Shown here piece by piece: positions 18,279 through 27,473 of a stretch of DNA of 32,000 nucleotides. The translations under genes were made by a program, and so were the position numbers. Location of the stretch: NCBI GenBank assembly GCA_016933055.1, contig JAFGBS010000002.1:120001-152000 (forward strand). The letters run 5' to 3'. The notes beneath the pieces are model-generated. The model ran no database searches. It saw only the letters and a program-made list of their open reading frames with translations, and was not told the DNA's origin. The stretch comes from Promethearchaeota archaeon. Its GTDB lineage: Archaea > Asgardarchaeota > Lokiarchaeia > Sigyniarchaeales > Promethearchaeaceae. Within the stretch, counting starts at the first letter, position 1, and every line of letters starts with the position of its first letter.

Positions 18279-19013
18279 TTAGGTTGTATGAAGAAGAAAC
18301 ATCGCGAGTTTATGAAACAAGGACATACCTTCCGCACCTAACCAGTATCTTAACGTAATATCCAGTGCAATACAAAAACTGGTGAATAAAGCAGTGGACC
18401 AAATAGCTTTCAATCCATATTGATAGAAGGGAATAAGGTGTTTGCGTTTTTGATCCGGTTGTAGTTGAGTTTGGATTGAAGAGAGAGAACTCACTTGGAA
18501 AACTGTTACCCAAATAAACGCTATGATCATAATCATTCCCAGATATATACCTAGATTATAAATTTTCCAAGTTCTACGAAAAGTGGTCAGATTTACAATA
18601 ATTAAAATCACTAGAAGGGGAATCTGAAATAGATTGTTTCTCATCAAGTTGATCCTATTGAAGAACCTGAGCTTTCCAAATCCTCTTTTTTGCAACTGGT
18701 ATTTTAAAGAAAACCCGGGAATCAAAGATAAGGTCAATAAACTTGCTAAAAATGCTAAGATTACTAAGATTACCCAGATCAATGCAGCAGGAAAGATTTT
18801 ATCAGCAATTTGAATTATAGCGAATCGAGCAAGAAATGAAAATAGTAAAGTTCCATTCAGTAAAGGAAATAGAAAAGATAATCCTACATATATCTTTTGA
18901 AGGGAATTTTTCTTTTCCTTAAATCGGGAAACTAATTCAATAAAAAAACGATGAGGAGCTATAATCCATAAATAAAATAATTCGTACCTTTTTGTTGATC
19001 TATTAGTTTCCAT
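18279..19013 (-). CDS. Hypothetical multi-pass membrane protein, coupled to the lyase gene
   Basis: About 5 hydrophobic helices; its ATG directly follows the lyase TAA (TAAATG). Confidence 0.65.
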   Translation of the reverse strand: METNRSTKRYELFYLWIIAPHRFFIELVSRFKEKKNSLQKIYVGLSFLFPLLNGTLLFSFLARFAIIQIADKIFPAALIWVILVILAFLASLLTLSLIPGFSLKYQLQKRGFGKLRFFNRINLMRNNLFQIPLLVILIIVNLTTFRRTWKIYNLGIYLGMIMIIAFIWVTVFQVSSLSSIQTQLQPDQKRKHLIPFYQYGLKAIWSTALFTSFCIALDITLRYWLGAEGMSLFHKLAMFLLHTT

Positions 19014-21506
19014 TTAGAATTCTCCTCCTAAAATGAACCGACTGAGACTTAATGCATTGTTCCGTACCCAAAACAAACCAGAAGGCACTGGTCTATTGCC
19101 TATATAGATATAAGGATTTATACTATCGATATGTATAGTGATAGCATCTAAACCAGTATCTTCTGCAAAAAGAAATGAATTTTCTTGTTTTTCAAAGAGA
19201 GTATTTCCATCTACTACCAACCTATCGAGCTTTCCAGCAAGCATCTGAGTTAAAGCATGAGTGGAATTGAAGTGTAACACCACCTGCTGACCATGAAATT
19301 GGTAATGGGAACCCCTATACTCAAAATAGAGACTTTCTTCTGTAGGATTCATCAGTGAAATGTGAAGATCCTCTCCTTGAGTTGTTGTTACAGAAAATAC
19401 ATTCCCTATCGCATTTCCTAGTGGTTCGATTGGATAAGTATGATCTCGATAGCTGAAGGGAATTCTGGTAACATTAATGTAAGGTTGATTGGCAGAAGGA
19501 TATAAAACCGTGAACCACGAAAATTTTCCATTTATTGAACCTTGGTAACGTAAAGTTGTCGCTTCTTCCCAATATCCCGTTTCAGTTCGATCTGCTCGGA
19601 TCCCGAAAGGTTGCTTGTATTGTTCTAGAGTTCCATTTTGTATTATATCCATGGAATTCCAAGGTCCAAATCCATATATCCCGATATTTCCATTCTCAAA
19701 ATCCGTGCGGATATTAAAATTATTATTGTTTCCAAATTCGGGAATGATTTCTGAGTAGGAATTTAATTTTGTTAAATTTGCATAGGGAAGGTGCCATAGC
19801 ATGGTTAGATCTACCTCCCTTCCATGCCAAAAATCGGACACTACCCAATAACGATTCAGATCCGAACTATTTGATGCGCTTTCCAAGAGATCAGAATCGA
19901 ATGTACCCCTAAAGTTACATAAAGTCACTTCTCGATCCCAAATATATCGACAGTCTTTTGTGCTAGCCCTTGCCACACTTCCAAGAAGTCCCGCTGTCCA
20001 TTGAGTAGCATAAGGAATTGCACGGGATTGAGGATTGTTATTAAACAATACTACGTTATGGGAGTAGGATTGTCGAAAATAATTGGAATAGAGATCATTA
20101 GTATAAGAAGAGACACCAGGATCCAATATCAACCGTCTTCCATAACCGTATAACTGTAAATTTCCAAAGTCTTGGTGCTGATGATAATGCTCTCCATATG
20201 ATCCTCCATCAAAATATGTAAAGAGGGCATCAGTGTCATTCCATGCAGTACGGGATAAGAATACTCCAATATCATTGAAATATACACTGAGATTAGGAGG
20301 AAATATTCCTATTGGTTCTCCTTCTGAATCAAAATAAGAAAATTCAAGATTGAGTGGAAAGAGTTGAGTGCCTTGCCCAATATAATATTTCATAAATCTC
20401 ATGTGAGAATCTCCAAAGGTTGTTCCATAGTGGTCAGGCATCGTGTTATGCAATAGAAATAGATAGGATTTTTGGATAGAATCTTTTAATTCAACATTAC
20501 TGGTCAGATGCTCATATTGATCGGCGATATATAAACAATCCCGTACGTCAGAAACGGCAATCATATGATATCGGAATGCATGTTCGCGAGAAGCCCCATC
20601 GGGATAAAAACTATTTTTTACCGCTCTAGATAAGGTATTCCATACTTCTTGTTCCCAATCCCGTGTTGGGGTGAAAAAATCCAAGTAGCCACAAATGGTT
20701 AATAATCCTTTCGATTCAGTAAATGCCCAATTATATTGGGTTTTATGAAAATCGGCGATATATCTACCATGATCAGCAATAAATCTGAGGAATAAGAAAC
20801 AAAATTCAGATGTAAAATAAGTTGAATTTTTTAGAACATCCCCCAATCCATATAAATTCTGTACTCGATACGCGGAATCCAAAGTTCTCCAAGTGTAGGA
20901 TGAACCAACGGGTTCCTTTTGGATGAAATCAGTGATCAAATCGATACATTCTCGAGCATAGAGTTCCGCAATTATAGTATTACCAATCGCTATATTCCCA
21001 ATATAGGCTCTCGCAAAATCTTGAATCCAACTCCATCTGGAAAATTGCCAGATCCATTCATCGTCTTGAGGATAGGGATTTTTATGCCAATTTGTATTGG
21101 GCATTTGCCTACCATTTACTAGAATCGTGTCGGAATCGGGATAATTTGCAATCTGCAAGGTTTTACCGTGTAGATTAAAAATTCGTTCCATTGCGAGATT
21201 GGAACGGTTCATCTCCTCAGTAAGGTTATAACTCTGGATTCGATACAGTGGGTCAGGAGGGCGATTTCTGAAATAATATAATAGGGTGCTTTTTGCTATG
21301 GACAGATCTCCCTCATCAGCAGTACGCTTGGCGATAGCTAAAGTGGAATTTGTTTCATCTAAGAGTGAAAAGAATAGGGACTCAGAATATGAAGAAGGTT
21401 CTTGCTGAAGATTGGGATAGATTGCCAAATAGACCAATGGCCCCACAATTAAAACTACATTCAAAACACCGAAGATAATTCCTCTCCAGCGCTTAGAAAT
21501 CTTCAT
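19014..21506 (-). CDS. Heparinase II/III family (PL12-like) polysaccharide lyase with N-terminal membrane anchor
   Basis: NW..PYPQDDEWIWQFSRWSW, WRTLDSAYRV, YNWAFTE, EHAFRYH, FGDS, HQHQDFG, LILDPG, SHNVV; hydrophobic helix near residues 9-29. Confidence 0.85.
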   Translation of the reverse strand: MKISKRWRGIIFGVLNVVLIVGPLVYLAIYPNLQQEPSSYSESLFFSLLDETNSTLAIAKRTADEGDLSIAKSTLLYYFRNRPPDPLYRIQSYNLTEEMNRSNLAMERIFNLHGKTLQIANYPDSDTILVNGRQMPNTNWHKNPYPQDDEWIWQFSRWSWIQDFARAYIGNIAIGNTIIAELYARECIDLITDFIQKEPVGSSYTWRTLDSAYRVQNLYGLGDVLKNSTYFTSEFCFLFLRFIADHGRYIADFHKTQYNWAFTESKGLLTICGYLDFFTPTRDWEQEVWNTLSRAVKNSFYPDGASREHAFRYHMIAVSDVRDCLYIADQYEHLTSNVELKDSIQKSYLFLLHNTMPDHYGTTFGDSHMRFMKYYIGQGTQLFPLNLEFSYFDSEGEPIGIFPPNLSVYFNDIGVFLSRTAWNDTDALFTYFDGGSYGEHYHQHQDFGNLQLYGYGRRLILDPGVSSYTNDLYSNYFRQSYSHNVVLFNNNPQSRAIPYATQWTAGLLGSVARASTKDCRYIWDREVTLCNFRGTFDSDLLESASNSSDLNRYWVVSDFWHGREVDLTMLWHLPYANLTKLNSYSEIIPEFGNNNNFNIRTDFENGNIGIYGFGPWNSMDIIQNGTLEQYKQPFGIRADRTETGYWEEATTLRYQGSINGKFSWFTVLYPSANQPYINVTRIPFSYRDHTYPIEPLGNAIGNVFSVTTTQGEDLHISLMNPTEESLYFEYRGSHYQFHGQQVVLHFNSTHALTQMLAGKLDRLVVDGNTLFEKQENSFLFAEDTGLDAITIHIDSINPYIYIGNRPVPSGLFWVRNNALSLSRFILGGEF

Positions 21507-21575
21507 TATAACCCTATTTATGTCGTCAAGGATTAAAGGTTTTAGGATTGAAAGAAATGGAAAAAAGGAGGGTTA

Positions 21576-22865
21576 TTACGATTGGGGATCTGCAGTTGGT
21601 ACAATAGAATCTAGTGAATACTTCTCTTCAAGAGATGATTGCGTTAATACAACAGAAAACCAATATAATGGAATAAGGCTTAGTTCTACGATTATAGAGA
21701 TAATAAAAGGATACTTCCTCCCAATTAGTTCCCAAGCAAGCCCTCCCAAAATTGGACCTATCACCGCTCCAGCATTAGAAAAAAAGGAGCTTAAACCAAA
21801 GATTTTCCCACGATGTTTTTTAGATATTCGGCTTAGATAGTTCTGAATAATTAATCCCCCCGTGGTAGCGATCGCCATATCGAATACGAGGATGATCGCA
21901 AATATCACAATATTTTGTGAGCCCAAATAGATCAATGCCCAGGTTAGAAAAGCACCTAAAGAAGCTGTAATAAGAATGGTAATCTTGGGTTGCATTTTAT
22001 CCACTAATTTTCCTAACCGTGGTGCCAAAATTAGGTTCAAAATACCCGCAGGTACCCATGCTAATGCCGCTTTCATAGTATCTACATCAAATACTTCAAG
22101 AAGATATTTTATAATAAATGGTTTGGAAATCGACCCGTTTGTGGAGGAAAGTAGTAACACAAAAAATAAAAACCCAATTCCGAAAGTGACCCAAAACGCG
22201 GTAGACTTTTTATCTTTGGAATTCTGAAATTCTGATTCAGGAATGGTAATTACTAGATTTTCATCTATAAATTTATGAAATAACAATCCTCCTGTGATAT
22301 TTGCTATTCCAAAAATTACTAAAGGAAGAAAGATGAGTAAAGGAAAATCAGGATAAATATCGCCAATATAGCTAGAATAAGTTAAACCGATAGAAGAGCC
22401 TACCATAATACTAATTCCCAACCAATAATCACGTTGTCCATAAGCGTTAGAACGATGGTCTTTATGAGATTTACTCCCTATCAAAGAATTAAACGGTACC
22501 CAAAAGAAAGAGACCATGAAACCTATTGTGAATGTGCCTACTACGAATAAGGGATAAGAACCTAAAAAAACCGCAATATAGAGGACAATATAAGCAAACC
22601 CCCTACCTACACTTCCAACTAAAATCAATTTCTTTTTGGATACCCGATCTGAGACGAATCCAGCTATAGGAGAACTTGCCATATAGCCAACGGTTTGCAT
22701 CGAGAAAATAAGTCCTAATTTTGTTGCCGGTATCATAAATACCACATCTGCAAGAACAGGGATCATGAATTCCAAATAAAAAAATGCCAGTCCAATAAAC
22801 AGCAGAAGTCTTACCATCCGATGAAAATCGGAAGTAAATTTGGTCAGGGATTCTCTTTCTTCCAT
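21576..22865 (-). CDS. MFS transporter
   Basis: About 12 TM; GFVSDRVSKK and GKLVDKMQPK loop motifs; KHRGKIFG, GPILGG; ATG 22865 preferred. Confidence 0.88.
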   Translation of the reverse strand: MEERESLTKFTSDFHRMVRLLLFIGLAFFYLEFMIPVLADVVFMIPATKLGLIFSMQTVGYMASSPIAGFVSDRVSKKKLILVGSVGRGFAYIVLYIAVFLGSYPLFVVGTFTIGFMVSFFWVPFNSLIGSKSHKDHRSNAYGQRDYWLGISIMVGSSIGLTYSSYIGDIYPDFPLLIFLPLVIFGIANITGGLLFHKFIDENLVITIPESEFQNSKDKKSTAFWVTFGIGFLFFVLLLSSTNGSISKPFIIKYLLEVFDVDTMKAALAWVPAGILNLILAPRLGKLVDKMQPKITILITASLGAFLTWALIYLGSQNIVIFAIILVFDMAIATTGGLIIQNYLSRISKKHRGKIFGLSSFFSNAGAVIGPILGGLAWELIGRKYPFIISIIVELSLIPLYWFSVVLTQSSLEEKYSLDSIVPTADPQS

Positions 22866-22978
22866 GGGGATCAACTTAATTCTCTAAATCTCCCTTGATT
22901 TTATGCCTTTTAAATGCTTTATATGGCATTTCTGTCCCTCTTTTGTTTAGTTTTAATAGATATTAGTAAATAAAAAAT

Positions 22979-23284
22979 ATGGTTATTCCATCTTTTGAAA
23001 GATCCCTTGATTTGCTAATCGATAACCAATTTGAGCTTTCGGAGGAAGAAGTGGATCAACTCTACCAAATTCTCTCCCAAGATCCAGAAATCATCAAAAA
23101 TTTGAATGCTTTGACTCGGAATATAGATATTAATACACTAGAAATGCCGCTTCTTAAAAAAACCTTGAAAGAAGTGGCTCAATCACAAGAAGATTGTCTT
23201 AATTCCGTATATGAAGAAATTACTAAAGATGAACGGATTATGGCATTCATCCAAAAAATCATTTTAGACCGATTATTGGATTAG
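22979..23284 (+). CDS. Hypothetical acidic helical protein
   Basis: 101-aa ATG ORF with protein-like composition. Confidence 0.65.
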   Translation: MVIPSFERSLDLLIDNQFELSEEEVDQLYQILSQDPEIIKNLNALTRNIDINTLEMPLLKKTLKEVAQSQEDCLNSVYEEITKDERIMAFIQKIILDRLLD

Positions 23285-23410
23285 CAAATACATAAAATCG
23301 AGCATGATTTGGTACAACTGTAGCTGGATTTATAGTGGAAATTGAGGAGGATTTAATCCTGCAATGAAAATTTCTCTCCGATCCAGCTACCCATAATTTG
23401 TGTTTAATTG

Positions 23411-24193
23411 TTAGTTGGGTTGAGCACTTCCACAAATTGGGCAAATCCCCCAATCTGATTTGATTTTACTTTTACAATTCGGGCAAATTTTAAGATTGGA
23501 ATCTCGTTGTACTTGGTCTAAAGGTGTAAAAATAACCCCTGAAGTTTTATTTGAAGATATTTGATTTGAAGAAGAAATATCTTTTGGTTGTGGCCTAGGA
23601 GGGACGGGGGGTATATCTAATTCCAGGTTATTTTCGCTTGGTATATTTGGAGAAGACTGCTGAGTTGGACCCGTATAAAGAGGCGGATTTGTGGATGGCT
23701 TTGTTGCAGGAGGTAGTTCTTCAGGAATTTCAGATTCTACATTTTCGGAAACATGATAATAATAATAATTTTGATTATTATCCTCGGTAAATTCCATATT
23801 ATTCTCATCTATTCCTTTAAGATAATAAACGATTGTAGAATTGATGGGTACATTCAAAATTTCTGCTGCAAAATAATCCCCCTCACGAAGCATATCCATT
23901 TGGAACCATGAGATCCCGTTGTCTGCGGAAAAAAAAAGGGTTAATTTCGAAATTCTTACATCATCTTCAGTTAGTTGGGCAATGATTTTTATGGTTTTTT
24001 CTTTCTCCAGTTTAGGTGGCGGGGTTACTTCAGTTTCTGTAGGAGTAGCACTGGATTCCCTAACTGAAATGCCTCCCTCCCCTTTCCAGTCCGACTTGCA
24101 TTTGGGACACACGGTAAACCAATTTGGGTATTCAAAACCGCAATTTGGGCATTTCCGGGTCCAATATCGAGTAGTTTTGATTTTTTTCGCCAT
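23411..24193 (-). CDS. Zinc ribbon - Ig/CBM-like domain - Pro-rich linker - zinc ribbon protein
   Basis: N-terminal CPNC..CPKC, beta-rich core (LFFSADNGISW...FAAEI...YYLKGID), P/S/T-rich linker, C-terminal CPNC..CPIC. Confidence 0.75.
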   Translation of the reverse strand: MAKKIKTTRYWTRKCPNCGFEYPNWFTVCPKCKSDWKGEGGISVRESSATPTETEVTPPPKLEKEKTIKIIAQLTEDDVRISKLTLFFSADNGISWFQMDMLREGDYFAAEILNVPINSTIVYYLKGIDENNMEFTEDNNQNYYYYHVSENVESEIPEELPPATKPSTNPPLYTGPTQQSSPNIPSENNLELDIPPVPPRPQPKDISSSNQISSNKTSGVIFTPLDQVQRDSNLKICPNCKSKIKSDWGICPICGSAQPN

Positions 24194-24403
24194 ATACGAT
24201 CTTCTCTCCTAGTGATCTACGGTTCGGTATATTTTATTTTTGTGGGTTCTTCGCCAGTTAACCTTCACAAGTAATATAGGTCCAAAGTGCTAATAAAACT
24301 CCTCATTAGAGACTTGAAAGAATTTCTGATAGTAAATAACGTAGGAGTAGAAAACTTTTATTTTTATACTATTGAAAAAGATAATGAAGCGGAGCACACG
24401 ATA

Positions 24404-26458
24404 ATGAATTATCTGCTAAATCGGAAATCAGCCTATAAGGTAGATTTGAATAATGAGGGAATCAAAGAAGGATGGTGGGTTCCCTCGTGGATAGAAGAGC
24501 ATAAATCTACTCTTGATAATATTGAACTACCCAACTGTTGGAATATTGTTCCATCCTTACGAAAATTTGAGGGAATTGTATGGTTTTTCATCGAATTTGA
24601 CACGATTCCTGGATTTTCCGATATTCCTAATAGTTCTAGACTCTATGATCTTTATTTACATTTCAAAGGCATTAATTATCATTGTAATTTATGGTTAAAC
24701 GGGGTAGAGCTGGGTTCTCATGATTATGGATTTCTTCCATTTGAATTTAAAGTAATTCCAGATACACTAGGGGAAACAAACTACATTGCTGTTCGAGTAG
24801 AAAACTTTAGAAAAAACAACCGTATTCCATGTAAATCTTTTGATTGGTATAATTACGGGGGAATTTATCGAGATTTTGAAATCCAAATAAAAGAGAAGTA
24901 TCGAATTGAATGGATGGGAGTCAGCACTCATATTGATTCTGATCTAAATGCAAAATTGCGGGTGAAATTAAGAATTGTCGATAATCGCGAAGATATTACC
25001 GCCGTGGAAGAAATGATGCATCATATCACCTGGAATCTCTATTATATTGGAGACCTATCCACTATAGCTCGTAAAGAAAGATCAGACGCTATCGATCGTG
25101 AGAAAGAATCGTCCTTAGCATTGGAGTTCGAAGAATTTATATCAGAAGAACAAGATATTATCGACGATTATCTGCGCGAATCAGGACCTAAACCTATATT
25201 AGAACATCAGGAAATATCCGATGGAATTCCTCAAGTTCCAGAGGTTTTAATAAAGTCGGGAGAGCACCGTTTTGTAGGAAAAAGAAAGGATGAATTCACG
25301 TTTAATTTGGAATCACCGAAATTATGGTTTCCCGATCATCCAGAACTATATAAATTTGAAGTGCATCTAGTGGGTGCGAAAAACCGAAAAAGTATTCGGT
25401 TTGGCATCCGGCAAATAGAATCAACCCGAAAAGGTCTATTTCTTAATAAGCAACGAATCAAACTCTTTGGTGTAAGTTTACATGAAGAACAAATCCCTTA
25501 TTATCGAACTATACCATATGATATTCGAAAACGGGATATACGAGAAATCAAAGCTTTAGGTTTCAATGCATTACGTACTGCCCATTACCCGCATGATGAA
25601 TCGTTAATTGAGTTTGCAGATATTGAAGGTCTCCTAATTTTAGAAGAAATTCCCGTCTATTGGGGAGTTGCATTTGATGATCCCACTGTATTCAAAACGG
25701 CATTACATATGATGCGAACTCTGATTTATCGAGATTATAACCATCCTAGTGTAATTATGTGGAGTTGTGGCAACGAAATTCCGGTTTCCAATCTCTCTTG
25801 CGCTCGATTTATTAAGAATCTCATGATTTATGCTCGTTCGTTGGACCCGAACCGGTTGATTTCCTATGTTAGTATGACGATGTTTACTGATCGTGTGAGA
25901 AGAAAGTCGGATATTAATTGCATTAACACATATTTTGGATGGTATTATTTATCTCATCGTATCGTTGGATTTTTAATGGATACAATTCGATACACAAACT
26001 CTAAAAAACCTTGGATTTTAACGGAATTTGGAGCAGGAGCTAAATCAGGATTCTATAAACCACTACGAAAGGCATTTAAATTTTCTGAAGAATATCAAGC
26101 GTCCGTGATCTCTCATCATATTAAAACTATGAATTCTAGAGACTATATGGCAGGATGGTTTATTTGGATCTATCGGGATTTTAAAAGTCATATGCGTTTA
26201 AATCCTTATCAATCTGGCTATAATCGTAAGGGAATCGTGGATGAGCATAATAAACAAAAATTAATTGCGAAAATTATGCCAAAAATCATACGAACACATT
26301 TCCCCATAATCCGAAATCACAACCTGATTGCTGCAATATTCCTAGGTATAATTTACCCCGTTGCTCGATTAGTTGGGGTGATCGTTGATATCCTCCACCC
26401 CCAGCTAAGTGTGAAAGATGCTGACAATTATTACGTTACCGCACCCGAAAAGGTTTAG
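24404..26458 (+). CDS. Glycoside hydrolase family 2, predicted beta-glucuronidase
   Basis: LHFKGINY, FNALRTAHYPH, NHPSVIMWSCGNE (acid/base), NTYFGWY, LTEFGA (nucleophile), FSEEYQ, YNRKG (NxKG). ATG 24404 with upstream GGAG preferred over GTG 24287. Confidence 0.9.
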   Translation: MNYLLNRKSAYKVDLNNEGIKEGWWVPSWIEEHKSTLDNIELPNCWNIVPSLRKFEGIVWFFIEFDTIPGFSDIPNSSRLYDLYLHFKGINYHCNLWLNGVELGSHDYGFLPFEFKVIPDTLGETNYIAVRVENFRKNNRIPCKSFDWYNYGGIYRDFEIQIKEKYRIEWMGVSTHIDSDLNAKLRVKLRIVDNREDITAVEEMMHHITWNLYYIGDLSTIARKERSDAIDREKESSLALEFEEFISEEQDIIDDYLRESGPKPILEHQEISDGIPQVPEVLIKSGEHRFVGKRKDEFTFNLESPKLWFPDHPELYKFEVHLVGAKNRKSIRFGIRQIESTRKGLFLNKQRIKLFGVSLHEEQIPYYRTIPYDIRKRDIREIKALGFNALRTAHYPHDESLIEFADIEGLLILEEIPVYWGVAFDDPTVFKTALHMMRTLIYRDYNHPSVIMWSCGNEIPVSNLSCARFIKNLMIYARSLDPNRLISYVSMTMFTDRVRRKSDINCINTYFGWYYLSHRIVGFLMDTIRYTNSKKPWILTEFGAGAKSGFYKPLRKAFKFSEEYQASVISHHIKTMNSRDYMAGWFIWIYRDFKSHMRLNPYQSGYNRKGIVDEHNKQKLIAKIMPKIIRTHFPIIRNHNLIAAIFLGIIYPVARLVGVIVDILHPQLSVKDADNYYVTAPEKV

Positions 26459-26528
26459 GTGAATTTCTCCTTCTTTTTTTATAGAGATTAGAATTTACCG
26501 TATGCAATTGAGTAATATATGAATTGGA

Positions 26529-27473
26529 GTGAAAGGAATGGCTGCTGCAGAGGATTTCCATATTGTATTCGATCAAATCCACAATAATTCCATAACGATT
26601 GAAACTAATGCTTATAATTCATTTATCCAGTATTTGTTTCAACAAAATATGCGAGTGGGTAAATTAACGGCTAGTTTGACAAATGAAACCTTAAAACCAT
26701 ATAAAATCCTCATTTTAGGAAATGCTCAAGATTCCACTTACTCCATCAATGAGATCTATGCAATTCTTGAATTTGTGCGAAAAGGAGGTTCTGTTGTTAT
26801 ATTCTCAGACGAGGGGGGGGATCTATCAAATCGCTCGAATTTTAACGAATTGACTATTAATTTTGGATTTAAAATTTTACCCAACATTATTTATGATCCC
26901 AGTAATTATGTGGATAAGATAGTTCGTCCTATCATTAATAATTTTTTACCTCATCCCGTCACCACGGACATCAACGCGATTGTATATTCCTCTGGATGTT
27001 CGTTTGAGATCATGGACGACGCAGAATTTGCCGATTATCGGGATGTATCCATAAAACCTATTGCTTTTACTTCCCCTAGTGCAAAGATGAAAAAATTTGA
27101 AAATCAGAAATGGATCGAAAAACCTGCCACCAATTCCATAGTTGCGGTTGCGGGAAGATATTTTGAAGGGCGAGTCATAGCTTTGGGAACTCCTTCTCTT
27201 CTTTCCTCTCTTAGCAATAATTATGGATTTAAAGCCAGGGATAATTTGAAATTTATGCAAAATATTATTGAGTGGTGCTTATCACCCGTAGAAGAATCCT
27301 TTACAATAACTCAAATATTGGGAGATCGAGTAGAAGTACTCATTCAAATTGAAAAAGAGCTGTTTCAATGGACAATGGAACTCGTTGCCCAGAACCAATG
27401 GGGAGATTTATCCAATATCATCAATCAAAGTTTAAAATCATTTCAAAAAAGTATACGGAAATCCAAATTTTAA
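26529..27473 (+). CDS. GIFT (GldG/IFT52/DUF4350-like) domain protein with C-terminal RHH-like segment
   Basis: IVFDQIH, ILILG...YSINEIYAILEFVRKGGSVVIFSDEGG...NFNELTINFG, HPVT, GRVIALG, DNLKFMQNIIEW; tail has a strand-helix-helix pattern. Confidence 0.72.
   Translation: MKGMAAAEDFHIVFDQIHNNSITIETNAYNSFIQYLFQQNMRVGKLTASLTNETLKPYKILILGNAQDSTYSINEIYAILEFVRKGGSVVIFSDEGGDLSNRSNFNELTINFGFKILPNIIYDPSNYVDKIVRPIINNFLPHPVTTDINAIVYSSGCSFEIMDDAEFADYRDVSIKPIAFTSPSAKMKKFENQKWIEKPATNSIVAVAGRYFEGRVIALGTPSLLSSLSNNYGFKARDNLKFMQNIIEWCLSPVEESFTITQILGDRVEVLIQIEKELFQWTMELVAQNQWGDLSNIINQSLKSFQKSIRKSKF

Noticed and set aside
21520-21840. 106-aa + strand ORF and the other 60-105 aa ORFs overlapping long genes
   Set aside because: They overlap well-supported genes and show no independent motifs
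24287-24403. GTG-started N-terminal extension of the GH2 ORF
   Set aside because: No GH2-like sequence, lies in the divergent promoter region, and ATG 24404 has an upstream GGAG; not fully excluded
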